From Hydrolagus affinis (lineage: Eukaryota): 64,000 nucleotides of DNA. Location: the NCBI GenBank assembly GCA_012026655.1, contig JAAILG010000027.1, positions 124,001 to 188,000 of the forward strand, read 5' to 3'. This document shows positions 13,180 through 25,459 of the stretch, in pieces (within the stretch, counting starts at the first letter, position 1; each line of letters begins with the position of its first letter). Made by a program: the position numbers and the translations under genes. The notes below the pieces were generated by a model, which did no database searches, had not been told where the DNA came from, and worked only from the letters and a program-made list of their open reading frames with translations.

Positions 13180-13411
13180 CATACTCGTTCGGTGGGCAGT
13201 CTTTGACGAAGAAGATCTCACCGAGATTGTCCTCCTCCGGTGCCAAGCCCTGCTGGTGTAACTGCAATCGGTGAAGGCTCTCTGTCTGCTGGTGCTTCAG
13301 AGACCGGGCATGCTGCACCAGGTTTAGCTTGGCCTTGGTGGTGTAGCTGCAGAGGCTGCAGTTGTAGTAGTAGGACTTGGAGTTTGTCGCACTCTCGTGC
13401 TTCTGCAAGTG
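13180..13411 (-). CDS. ZFHX4: Internal coding exon (232 bp, phase 0 to phase 1) of zinc finger homeobox protein 4-like gene; encodes one C2H2 zinc finger
   Basis: Translation HLQKHESATNSKSYYYNCSLCSYTTKAKLNLVQHARSLKHQQTESLHRLQLHQQGLAPEEDNLGEIFFVKDCPPNEY has a C-x2-C-x12-H-x5-H finger and the ZFHX4-type tail LQLHQQGLAPEEDNL.EIFFVKDCPPNE. Acceptor TTTCAG ends at 13412 after a T-rich tract; donor G|GTGAGT starts at 13179. Confidence 0.9.
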
Positions 13412-13624
13412 CTGAAAGGTCAAAACCAGAAAAAAAGACAATGAGTGTAATGGGGCAGCTCTACTACCCTTCTGTTATTTCCAGCAGCCACTATTATTCC
13501 CTCATTCTGCTGTGTCCACAGACAGAGTGGGAAACCCATTTTTCTGTAGTTTCAATCAAGGTTACATCCATGAAGGACATCATTTTGTCATTGGCCATAG
13601 ACTTAATACACTAATTAGTCCACA

Positions 13625-13735
13625 AAGAAAACGTACAGTCAATTCACTTTACAGTATATTCTATGAAGTACTTTGAGACATCTCAAAGATGTAATAAAAT
13701 GCTGTATCAAATGTAAGGATTATTATTATTTATAT
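13625..13735 (+). mobile_element. SINE 3' tail fragment
   Basis: cagtcaattcactttacagtatattctatgaagtactttgagac..aaggattattatt. Confidence 0.8.
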
Positions 13736-16700
13736 TCGGTATTGGCCTATTCAGAGCTGTGAAATAACAAAGAAGTTAGGAAACTGACAGAGATACCAGC
13801 AATAATTAAGTGCTAAAGAAAACTGAAGCCACCTAACAAGAGAAAAAAAAACAAAGGATAACCAAACATCAAACCATGACCTTTCATTAACATCAACACC
13901 AAATTTGAACAGAACCACACTGAGCGCAACTGAAGTATCCTACCGTTAATCCTATTGAAAATCCTATAGGAATCCGTAGGATACTTCGTCTAATGAAGGA
14001 TTTTTTGAGGCTAGATCTTTTGATATAGAATCTAATAAGATCGAATAGGATAATATTGAATTCCTCCTGGAATATTTTATTGGGGGTAATAAGCATTCAC
14101 ATTTGAAGTATAAAGGGATATTGGGAAAGGGCAGAGGAATGGGATTAGAGAACTGCAGTGGTAAGGCTAGCACAATGGTTTGGCCTCCTGCTATCTTGAA
14201 ATTCACAGTTCCAAATACCTCAAGAATGTGCACACAACAAATGCATATGTAGGGGCTCCAACACACACACATATCTATATAATCATACTCAATAAATATA
14301 GCAAAATGCATATCACCAATATATATATATCTGTGCCTATATATGCTTGACACGTCATTCAACACACACCGTGCACTTAAAGCAACATACATGTACTTTA
14401 ACACACCCATTTCTACAATGCAGAAAGCATGCTTAATTATGCTAACCTTCCACAAATACACATGCACATTTACCAATGCAAACACCCGTCCAACATTATA
14501 TTTCTCTGATGTTTCATTTGTATAAAATTCTATTTGGATTTCCCCGAAAATAGCTTTTCTTATGGGTAAGCCAACTTGGCCTGCTCACGCAGAGTGAGTT
14601 TATTTTCTGAAAGTTCTCTGTGTGCTAAAGTCTTTGTTTGTGCAAATGATGGAAACTGGAGGAATCAGAGCCATGGTTTCTCTCCCTAACTTGTAATCAG
14701 ATATAGTTGACATGTTGGTTTTTTTCCAGTGTGAAATGCTTGAGCTTGGAGCAGTTCTAATTGCAGTGGTGCATGGCAGAAGCAACCCAGTGTTACTTTG
14801 ATTTCTCAAATTTAGCATTTGTTCCAATGCAGTTTTTTTTCATTAAATGCTTTATAAAAAAATGTATTTATGAAAACAGAACAAAATGAACAGGGCAGCC
14901 CACACAAATCCGAGGCTCAAAAAGAGAGACACGCCTCTTTGAGCACTGAGGCCCCTTCGTAGCTTTCAAAATCAAAACATTTTGCATTGCAAACCAACTG
15001 CAGTCGAAACATGCGTTCTCTTTATTTCTGGCAATAAATTTTGTACGACAGAATGAAAGGCATACACATATCCCACTCCCCTCCATCATTGTACAGATTG
15101 GCTGCTATGTTTGCCCCCAAAACACTTTACTGTTTATTTTCCCGACGTGAAAGGTTCTATACAAATGCAATTTGGTTGTTGTTGTTATTCTGTAAAGCTA
15201 TCTGGGCCTTTCTCTTAGCTATATCAAATGTAAGGAATATTATTATTATTATTACTATCATCCTTACTATAGTTGGAATAAATGAACAAACATTACTCAA
15301 ATACTGTATTTATATTTTCCAAAATCTATTTTTAATGCAAAACAAAATTCATATCTCCCAGAGCTAAATATGCTTCTAATCTCAGGGCAAACAGTGCTTG
15401 GCAGTCTAATTCAGCCATCACTCCCTAATAGTGTAATATATATTGAAGATAGTTGGTGGGAACATTTTAAATCAGTAACCAAAATGCAAACTTTGAAGTT
15501 TACAGCTGTACTGGATTGGAGGGGGGGAGAGAGGTTTGTAGATCTGACTCTATAGCAAACAAACTGGAGGCAAGGCGAATATTAAAAGAACATTAAAATT
15601 TTTGGCATAATGCTAATCTCTACACAATGAAAGCTGATGCACTAAGTCACAGGCTTATAACACTCTGTTAAAAAAATAGTAGGAGAGAACTCTCAAGTTC
15701 TGGAAGCTCACCTGTAAATTAAGGTCCTTCATTGCTAATCCCCCAAATATATAATAGCAGAGCATGAAGAAGACTGACTTGGTTACCTGAATAAAGTGTT
15801 GTCTGCAGGCTATTAACTATAAGCAAATGTTATGAGCATTGCGTTCTTGCACAAGTCTATGCTGAAATAACGTGTTTAATTTGTGGACATTATCCAGAGG
15901 CTGGAATAAATTGGAAACCTTGGATTTACTTCTGCAGCTTTATTCTGAAGGTACCGAATGAACCTGAGGATTTTTGTCCACAATGCACAAGGCGCTTTCT
16001 GCACAGGAGATGAAATTAAACTCTGTTTTCTTTTTCTCATGCAAATCTTGTAACTGTTTACTTTGATTAGTATGCAACCAATGTTTTTGCAAGAGCTGTT
16101 TTTTTTTACTGTTGGCAATTGTTAAGAATCGCTGGTCTTGCATGCAACATAAACAGGGCTGCCCTTTTCAGTATTCAGTATTTGATGGACATACCTGGCA
16201 GGACTTCTAAAGCTTGTTAATTAAAAAAAAAGGCATGCAAGAAGAAGAAGAAGAAGAAGATGAGGAAGGCGAGGAGAGGACAAAACAATTCCAAACCACC
16301 ACTGAATCTTCACAGGCGATCTTTGCAAACGATCCTCTACAACGAAAATGTGGCAAAGGACAGCAAATCGCTGTGATTCAAACTGGCCTGTCAGCTGAGT
16401 GGCCTAATTTGAAGAACTTTTTTTGTACAGATGATGCCTTGCCAGCCCCCTCTGGGCTGATGTTGCTCCGTCTCAAATTTTCACAGCTGAGTTCAACCCT
16501 CTGGCAAGCTGAGCATATCAAGTGTGCCTCCGCCACTCACAGGCTAATGAACAATGAACAAAAACAAACGCAACCGCAAAGCCTCTATTATCAGATCTTC
16601 CGCAAAAACACAAAAACGTCCTTCTTTGGTGTGGAGGAAGTGCCAGTGAGCCTGCAGGTGTGAGGCCACTGAAGAAAAGGCTTGACTAAATAGATTCTTT

Positions 16701-17427
16701 GACTGTCAGGGATTAGAGTCACAGTACCAGTGGTAACACACATCTTTTCCTTTAACTTATAAAATGTTCTCACGAGTCTGCAAGAGTTCACCCCATCAGG
16801 GGCTTTCCAAGGCCATTGAAACGTCTTAAGTTTTAATTAAGTTGAAGGTGTCAGAATAAAGCTTTTTTGGCATGGAGTCAGGGTCATTAATTACTGCTAT
16901 CTTTGTTTCTTTCAGCAGAATGAAGGCTGTGCACTAGTTACGATACTTATCCAGCAACCTTTTTACATCTCCCAGTCCATATTCACCTCAGAGCATGACT
17001 TGATTAAGCAGTTTACCAATTACTGTACTTCTATTTGTGATAGTCTGAGGATCCTGTTTGCAAATCGTGTGGGTAAACTGAAGTTTATGATGCTTAAGGT
17101 AAGGATTTAAAAGGAATAAAACTGGCAGCACATTTACAAAAGCAGTTAGCTTTCCAGTTTCCTTAAGGAAGATCAAGCGGTTAACAAGGAAAGAAAAAGC
17201 CTAGTCAAAACATTTCTTTCAAACTATTTTCCTTTTGAAATCAGCAGTAATGCTGTTGGCAGCGTGTGTGTGCTCCTACGAAACTGTTGTATTGCTGCAT
17301 TCTCTCTATGGGCACTTTGCAAAAGTAATAGCCTGTGCGGATTAAAGACCTGATTTATAAGGTTAAGGTGGTGTAGTACTGTTTGCAAGTTTCAGCTGCT
17401 GTTTGACCACAAACTGGAGGAATCTGG

Positions 17428-18250
17428 ACAACAACAACAAATTACATTTATAGAGCGCCTTTCACGTCGGGAGGACGTCCCAAGGCGCTGCACAGGAGGC
17501 GTGTGACCCGAGCTGGGAGGGGAGTGTTCGGGAAGGGGTGATACACTTAGGGGAGGTCGAAAGATTCGGGGTGGAACAAAAGGCACGGTCGAAAAGGAAA
17601 GTCTTCAAACCGGCCTTGAAAGAGGAAAGGGAAGAAACGAGACACAGGGATTGGGGGATGGAATTCCATAGGGTCGGGGCAGAAAAACTGAAAGCCCGGC
17701 CTCCAATGGTGGGGCGGTTCGGGCGGGGGGCTTGGAGCAGGTGAAGTCCTGCTAAACGGAGGGTCCGGGTGGGCTTGTAGGGGGAGAGTAGAGTGGTTAA
17801 GTAGGGCGGGACAAGGCCATGTAAGGCCTTGAAAGTGAGGACGAGGATCTTGAACTCGATCCTCTGGAGGATGGGGAGCCAGTGGAGACGGGCGAGGGTG
17901 GGGATTTTATGGTCGCGGAGGCGGGTGCGGGATAATACACGGGCTGCAGAGTTTTGGATGACCTGCAGCCTGTGAATGGAGGAACTGGGGAGGCCGACGA
18001 GGAGAGAGTTGCCATAGTCCAGCCTTGAGGTGATGTACGTGTGCACGAGTGTTTCGGCAGAGTGGGGGATAAAATAATTGCGGAGCCTGGCAATGTTGCG
18101 CAGGTAGAAGTAAGCGGTGCCGGTCAAGGCGCGGATGTGGGAGAGGAAGGAGAGTTTTTGGTCGAACGTGATGCCGAGGTTCCTGATTGGCTTTGTGAGG
18201 TGGAGAGTGTAGCCTTGGATGTTGAGGCTGGCAGCGCCCGATGTGCCCAC
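17428..18250 (-). mobile_element. Young 5'-truncated L2 LINE (ORF2 C-terminal region, uninterrupted)
   Basis: ORF 17462-18250 with RNLGITFD, YFYLRNIARLR, TSRLDYGNSLL, LQVIQNSAAR, LHWLP, IEFKIL, GGRAFSFSAPTLWNSIP, FKAGLKTFLF motifs; 3' stem-loop and (TTG)n tail. Confidence 0.95.
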
Positions 18251-18468
18251 ATCTGTGGTTCCATTTACAACACCTTAAAATAACTCTTTAACAGATAACC
18301 TCTTTCTTTTCCCACACCCTAAAATATTCTAGTTTTAAAAAGCTTTTTCTTTTTTTAAAAAAAACAGTGCAGCAATGTACAGTAACTATGGAGATTTACA
18401 ACACGGTGCTGGCTTCAAGTGGGCTCAGGTAATCCAAACACTAAAAAGCAATTCAGAAACAATTCTAT

Positions 18469-18568
18469 NNNNNNNNNNNNNNNNNNNNNNNNNNNNNNNN
18501 NNNNNNNNNNNNNNNNNNNNNNNNNNNNNNNNNNNNNNNNNNNNNNNNNNNNNNNNNNNNNNNNNNNN
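18469..18568. other. Assembly gap
   Basis: 100-N run. Confidence 1.
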
Positions 18569-18587
18569 GCTATATTACTGTCAGGTG

Positions 18588-18996
18588 CAGCAACCTGGCT
18601 CAGTTGGTTTGTGGGTTCAAGTGCTTCGTTACTTAAACTTTGAGCTCATGGTTTAAGTTGACGCTTCAGTGCAGTTTTGAGGGAAATGCCACACTCTGTC
18701 CTTTGGATGAGATGTCAAATCAAGTCCCCATCTGCCTGTTCAGGTGGTTGTTATAGAACTACGACACTATTTCGAAAAGAGAAGGGAATTTCTCCCAGTT
18801 TCCCGCCCAATATTCCTCCAGTTAAAATTGATCAGTTGTCTCAGGGCTGTTTGTGGGATCTTGCTGTGGGCAAATTGATTGTTGTGTCTGCCTATAAATG
18901 CACAGTGACTACTCACTTACTGTGAAGAGCTTCGAGACATTTCAACGTGATCCCCCATGAATCATTTAAAAGGATTATTATGCAAGGATTATTATT
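18588..18996 (+). mobile_element. Old Deu-domain SINE
   Basis: tggctcagttgg..gggttcaag head; ggatgagatgtcaaa..ctgttcaggtgg; gctgtttgtgggatcttgctgtg; aaggattattatt tail. Confidence 0.8.
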
Positions 18997-19017
18997 TGAC
19001 CTTATATTTATCTCTCA

Positions 19018-19773
19018 AATTGATTCCTGTTTGTGTCTCAAGAGCCAGCAATCAAATCCCATTACAATCTTTCAAAAACAAAAAAGTGTTTTTAAAGTCT
19101 TCAAGTTAACATCTCTCACCTACTCACATATATTGGAATGAGGATTTCCTTGAAATTTAAACTATTGCTAGTTGTGCAATAGAAGGAAGAAAGAACAACA
19201 ATTTTTCCTGCTCCATCACTTTGAAACATTTGAAAGCACTTTGCAATAGTTACTTAGTGTGACTATTTTTAAGTGAAACACAGTAGGTATTTTCCGCACA
19301 GGAAAGTTTTGCTAACAACCACAAGGTTAATCACAGCAATCTAGAGGGTCTCTGATCAAAACAAACTCCCTTCTCTAACAATGTTAGTGAAATCAAGGAT
19401 TCTTACTATTGTAACATGAGGAAACTTTTAACAATGACCTGAAGAACAAGCAGACAGAACCCTGCTTTCACATCTCAAGAGACAGCACCTCCAACAGTGC
19501 AGCACTCTATCGTCCCCCTTCTGTATTACGAGCATCAAGTCACGATGTGAACTCAACCTCATGAACCAGAGAAGAAAGTGCTACCACTTGAACCAAGCTG
19601 ACGCCTTGCGTGATTTAACTCAGACTTGTGTTGCCTAAAAGGCAAGAAAGCAAACAAGATTTACAATTCCTTAAAACACAATGTATGGTAATTGATTCCT
19701 GTTTGTGTCTCAAGAGCCAGCAATCAAATCCCATTACAATCTTTTAAAAACAAAAAAGTGTTTTTAAAGTCTT
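19018..19773. repeat. 84-bp direct repeat pair (19018-19101 and 19690-19773)
   Basis: aattgattcctgtttgtgtctcaagagcc..gtgtttttaaagtctt; 83 of 84 positions identical. Confidence 0.95.
19200..19605 (-). mobile_element. Old Deu-domain SINE
   Basis: gacagcacctccaacagtgcagcactc..gaaagtgctaccacttgaaccaagctgac on the reverse strand. Confidence 0.65.
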
Positions 19774-21319
19774 TGAATGTGTAATCAAATGCATTAAGAT
19801 CTTTTCAAAATAAAGTGTTTATTTTTTGCAGCAGCCATTTTTGAAATAAGGAGTTGGTGCTCAGTGATGTGATCTGGGAGTACGAGCTACTGTTTCCCTT
19901 TACTTCTGCAGGCCAGTTGAAGATTTAAGAAGCACATAAGCAGATTCCATCGAAATGCAAATACTGCCTGAAATGTGGTGTTTTGAAGGCCACACAAATG
20001 AGGGTGGCATTTTTATGGGTGCAGGGCTTTGGCATGTTCGTACAGAGTACAAAAAAAGGATTTAAATATGAGGAAGTGGAACACAATAACACACCAGTGT
20101 TATCGTTTTCAGCTAGTACTTTGGGAAAGCTCTCTTACTTTCTCAGGTGGCTGCATAGCAATCTGTTACAATATTCTCCTGCACACGTCTCTTTGATGGT
20201 TAATTGCACTGGATTACTGCTTGGCAAGGAACCAACAACCTAGCCTGGGGACAGATCATTTTATTTAACGGTTCATCAACGAGTCATCACCGGCATGCTA
20301 ACATAAATCCCTCCTCTAACATGGTCACACATCTCCAGAAGCCACTGAGCATGCTTCACTCTAGCTGACGAACAGTGCATCTTATGAGCTTCTGAGGTGA
20401 GGGGTGGAATCATAACTCCCAGGTAGTGGAGATGGCACCAAGTGAGACACATCAACCACTTTACCATGGGGAGTCCAGCCCACAGACTTCCCACTGCAGG
20501 CCCACCCCTCCTCCTCCCCCCTCCACCCCACTATCCCTCACTTGCCTACCTTCACTTCAGAGTTCAGCAACTTGCATTCTTTACTCTCTAACACACGATG
20601 CTGCTCCTTCATAATAAATAGAAAAAGAGCCAATTTGTTGAAGTACATGAAGATCGCTGCCAACCAGAACATGTTCCTTGAGGGTTTTATCAGCACATTA
20701 GTGTTAACTCTTTAAGACATGCAGCATCGCTCTCCTCCGTTAAAAGACTGCACTTGCTGGTTCAATCCAGGAAACTTTGGACAGTGTTGCCATGTCAGTG
20801 TCAATGATTCTACTTCACAATCATCATCATCAAAACACATTGCCTTTCAGTTTAGCTGCTGGAGAGTATGGAGGGCAGCAAAGATGGCCGACCTGGAGGT
20901 TCGGCAGCACACAAGGGGTTAGTGAGACCGCCTGAAAGTGGATACGTTACATGTTTGGGCACGTTCTTTTGCTGCTCAGACTGTTTTCAGCAATCACTCC
21001 AGCAAACTGGTGTGTAGAACAGGCAAGTCAAGCCCTCCTCACAACCTTCAGAAGGAATACATCCCATGTGCAACATCACCCACATTTCAGTCTGATTTGT
21101 TTTGCATAGTTTTTAAAAAATCTTCCCGTTCAAAACATTTGAGGGAATGCACTCTTCCAGCAATATGATACCTTCCAACCTATGCCCGTCTGATGTGGTG
21201 TGAGCTGAGGAATGGAGCAAATCACATTTTACAGAAAGAATCTCCTCAGCAAGAGGAAAAATGTTTAATTCTGCAGCTCCTCACAAGTTAACGTTTTAAT
21301 GGCTGTGGTGACAAGAATA

Positions 21320-22156
21320 CAGGTAGACCCCGCTTACCGAAAGCCTGGTTAACGAAAGTTCAATATAATGAGGGTTTCTATTTGTACCACTTATCCACTT
21401 AACAAAGGCTGCTTTCGCTATAACGAATGTTTACACACACTTTAAATCTCGCGGGCTTCTCGTGCGCAGCTTCTCATGGGTAGCGTCTCTCCCAGTTGCC
21501 CCAGCAACACACGCTCAGTCTTTAGCATGCCTCAGTTAAGCAGTGCAGCCCCTTCCATATGGGAGGAGCTTAAGCAGCAGGATGCTTTGTGGCTTCAATA
21601 ACAGTAAGTCGAGAACTGCCTGTATTTTATTGTTTATTGTTGTATTTACTAACATTTTAATATTTTATTGTCATATTTAAAGTTGTGTAGCCTTCAATAG
21701 CAGTTATATCTACCTTAGGCCTTCACTTGTAACAGGTTGAGCGTCCTGGATCCGGCAACCTCGGGCCCGTAGCCGAGCCCAGGTTCGGGTATTTCCGGAC
21801 AAATCAGAACGCCAGAAGCGCGTCACGTGTCCGGAAATGCCTGGGCCCAGGTTGCGATATTTTGGTGCGGTGACTGTGCAGACTTGGCCTGGAGCAGGTA
21901 GGATTGGCGTTTCTATTCTTACAATTTTTGTCACATTCCAGATTCCGAAACTCCGGACTTTTGGCTGCTCAACCTGTACATCAAAAATATTAGCGCCAGG
22001 AACTGCTAGGAACTAAACTGATTTTAGCAGGGAGGCTCGGGTCGGGGCGGCGTTTTGGCTGCAGTCAAATATAGTAATAGTTAAACGCTTAATGAAATTT
22101 TCACTTAACGAAGGGTTTTAAAGTCCCCAACCCCTTCGTTAAGCGAGGTCTACCTG
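21320..22156. mobile_element. Non-autonomous Tc1/mariner-pogo (Tigger-like) DNA transposon
   Basis: 22-bp TIRs CAGGTAGACCCCGCTTACCGAA / TTCGTTAAGCGAGGTCTACCTG (20/22 match), TA on both flanks. Confidence 0.9.
21733..21976. mobile_element. Tigger-like MITE nested in the 21320-22156 element
   Basis: TIRs CAGGTTGAGC / GCTCAACCTG followed by TA; CpG-rich interior with TCCGG/CCGGA sub-repeats. Confidence 0.85.
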
Positions 22157-22679
22157 TACACTGGAGCAACATATCCGGTGTGAATTTTTAAAAAATTAAC
22201 CAGTCTGGTCATTGAAAAAAAACTGAGTAGTATTTAACATGCGTTAACCCTTGGTGTGCCATAGCTGAATTTGCCAATTTGCCTGTTATTCAGAGGTCAC
22301 CGACAGCTAAGCAGGTGTTGAAAGGAGCCACACCTGGTTGTGTGCGGGATATTGTGGCAAAGATTCTTGGACATGCCTCTGATGTACTTTATGTCAGTCT
22401 TTACACTATGGTTATTAAATTGACTGAATTTGAAGCTACGACGGTATTTTAAAGTTCCTTAAATTTGTCTCCAAAGTGGGTCACTGCACTTTACAGAAAA
22501 TCATTTGAAACACTTTGAGACAACCTCTTGACGTAAAAGATTGTACATCTTTTACTGAAAGGATTATTATTATTATAGGAGTAGAGAGGCAAAAGGAATC
22601 AAGTACGGAAAATATTTAATATAAACTGAATAGATTATACAGCTTTTCTCAGGTATAAAGAATAAAGTGTAAAATAATA

Positions 22680-23047
22680 TTAATAACAATCCTTGCATTT
22701 GCATTAGTGCCTTATCATGTCTTCGAGCCTTCTCAAAAGGGCTTCGCTGTAAAGTGAAATGACTGTACATTTTATATATTTTGTGGGCAGAATGCAGCAG
22801 CCAATTGTGCACAGTAGTGTCCCACACACTGTGGATTAAATGATAAAAGAAATTTTGAAGGAATTATTATCCCTGGAATGTGAACCGCCATTCAACTAAC
22901 AAGTGGGTTCCTACTTACTGCTATGTAAACAGAGGCATGCGTGTGGAGTATGAAAACTTGCCCAACATCTTGCCCTGTCCTGCCCGGGAATCAAACCCAG
23001 GTCGTCTCGCATGTGAGGCAGGTGCTCTATCCACCGTGCTGCAAAAC
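22680..23047 (-). mobile_element. tRNA-head SINE (long variant)
   Basis: aatccttgcattt tail; gtcccaca; ttcctacttactgctatgtaaacagagg; gaatcaaacccagg box B on the reverse strand. Confidence 0.85.
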
Positions 23048-24564
23048 TAAACCACTAAGCGTTAAATATAGGACAAAATTACACCATTTTATTTAAAATA
23101 TAATGCTCGCCTTCATTTTAGTCTCTACCATTAGTATAAAACTTGTCCTTGTGTTTCAGTGACTTCAGCATCACAGTATATGATCTGAAAATATGTTAAA
23201 TTCAATGGTTGAGGGAAAGTGAAACTTCGCTGTATCTTACAACAATTGGACAGGTGAAGGATAGGAAACGTGATGGATATGAAAGGTGTGTTGACACCAT
23301 AAATAATTAGCAATGTAAAAGTAATCTATTCCCACTCCCTCTTTATTTCAGGCTTTCTCCATTAATGACTTCTATACTGTTACAAAGTCTGTGGACACAT
23401 TGGCTGGAATCTGAACCATCTACGTAAAGGGAGAGGAAAGAGCAGAATGCCTGAATTGGAAGAGTGGAGGGTGCTAGTGGAAGAATCAGGCTTCAGGAGA
23501 CAAAATTTGAGCTGCAAGTGAACCACAACAAACAGCTGTTCGAGTACAAGAATGTTTTGGCTCCTCTGATTGTATCCACAGCTTGTTCCACGCAAATTGC
23601 AGTTGGCTTGCATCATTAGTGATCACAAATATGTCTTTCTCGTTAGAACCCGGGAATTTTCCACAGTGTTAAATTAACGTTTCATACAAGCAATTGGATA
23701 TTTTTTCTAGGCATGCTGATAGATATAGAAATCCTATAGATTTAATTTTAGAATAATAGCCCGCTGATGAGTAAACCAGCAGAGCAGTAGAAGGCCATTA
23801 AAATTGCAGTGGACTGGAGCTGGTCAGAGCAATGTTCAGTATAGTCTCTTCACCCGATAGTCAGTCACACCCTACAAGCCAAAAGTCAAGAAGCACCTGG
23901 GACTGTTTTCATGAAGCACTGACAAAACAGCCTTTGTGTGGATCCCTGCTGAATAAACAAGAACTCCATATGGTCAGTCAGTCCAGTGAAATGACACTAC
24001 ATTTGCGCTTGAGGAGTTAATTTTTTTCGATGGCACCAAAATAATTTTTTGTGAGTGCTCTCTGGATATGAGGCCCATCTCTCCCCCCAATCCTTAACAA
24101 CTTGATTAAATTAACCAACCAGTTTAACTCTGTGGAAGCGAATGTTATTTTCGCTGCCTGGACAAGTGATAATTCACTCGAATGAAGTATGAAAACAATA
24201 ATCCACTTGAGTGAACTATCACTTAAAGGTCACCAGCTGCATGCAGGGTTGCAGGATGAATCCGAGCACCAGGCTATAATTCCATGCTCCCATTAAAATA
24301 ATTAGACCCGCTGAAACAACTTGCAAAAATAAAGGAGAGGAAGGGTTCAGCAGTTGTCCCTGAACTATCGGCTGGCCCTTGCATTCCTGACAAAGAGCTT
24401 CACAGCCAATTGCAACAGTGCTACTGATGAATTGCGGCTTCTTTTCTCACACGCCCTGTTCGTGAGTGAGACTCCATAGTGCTCAGCGTTATTCCACCAT
24501 CTGTGGCTGTGGGTTCACCCACTGTCCTCTGAAACACTGGAACAATCTCCCTCTGTCCCTCCAC

Positions 24565-24711
24565 CTTGTCCCCTCCTTCCCCATCTTCACTTGCTCTTCG
24601 ACCAGTCACCTCCCCCTCCCTCTGGCTTAGTGTCGTGCTCTGCCACTATCAAGTGCCCTGGCACAGTACCCTTCGTGTGGGGCTCTATATAAATGCAAGT
24701 TGTTGTTGTTG
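24565..24711 (+). mobile_element. L2 3' tail (second subfamily)
   Basis: aagtgccctggcacagtacccttcgtgtggggctctatataaatgcaag(ttg)n. Confidence 0.7.
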
Positions 24712-25459
24712 CAAGCTGTTTATGCCTGGTTTTACTTTGATTCATGGGGGATGGGGAATGTGGTAACCGTAGAGGCGAGGAACGGCAAGAACTCTGCAAG
24801 GTATGCATAGAGGCTCATAGTAAAAATAGTACAGAAATGGAAATAAAGCTATTGGATTTCCTGAAGCTTCAGTATCATCCCCTTCATACTAGCGGCCTCT
24901 GCTGCGATAATGAGAATTCTACATATCATGCCAAATTAGACACATTCTAGAAAACTACTTATGAGACAGTGCAAATTGTTTAATCATCATTAACTCTAAT
25001 CCCCTGTTTAATGACTAATTTACCAGCAAACACAGTGGAACCAATTGGAGATGTCAGCAGGTACTTGACCCCTTTCCCTCTCCTTCACCCCCACCTTTCC
25101 CCTCAGTTTCTTTTAAAGCTGGGCCACTTGAACTTCTTTAATGCCTGACCAGCCAAGTAACCCAATGGTGTTCAGTGCAAATTGGGATCAAAGCATGATG
25201 TCCTAACCAATGGAGCACAACTGGTTGCTGACAAGAACTGTTTTCTTTCTACCTCCGTCACGCTGACTGTACCTCATACCCAACACAGACAAAAACAGCA
25301 TCCACATGTTCATCACCTCCCGCTTCGATAAATCCAATGTACTCCTTGCTGGTCCCACTGTTCCACTATACATAAAGTTCAAATAATTAAAAACTCCCCG
25401 CACATATATTCACTCATACTAAACTCTGTACTTCCATCAACCTGCTCCACTAGACTTTA

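Noticed and set aside
13097-13441. Whole 114-aa ORF as a single-exon gene
   Set aside because: Only 13180-13411 is ZFHX-like; the flanking codons are intronic read-through past canonical splice sites.
13964-14485. 173-aa ORF
   Set aside because: Arises from TA/TG low-complexity sequence.
16214-16663. 149-aa ORF with poly-Glu
   Set aside because: The Glu run comes from a (GAA)n microsatellite; no recognisable domain; antisense within the intron.
17462-18250. Host protein-coding gene
   Set aside because: It is a 5'-truncated L2 ORF2 fragment lacking the endonuclease and most of the RT.
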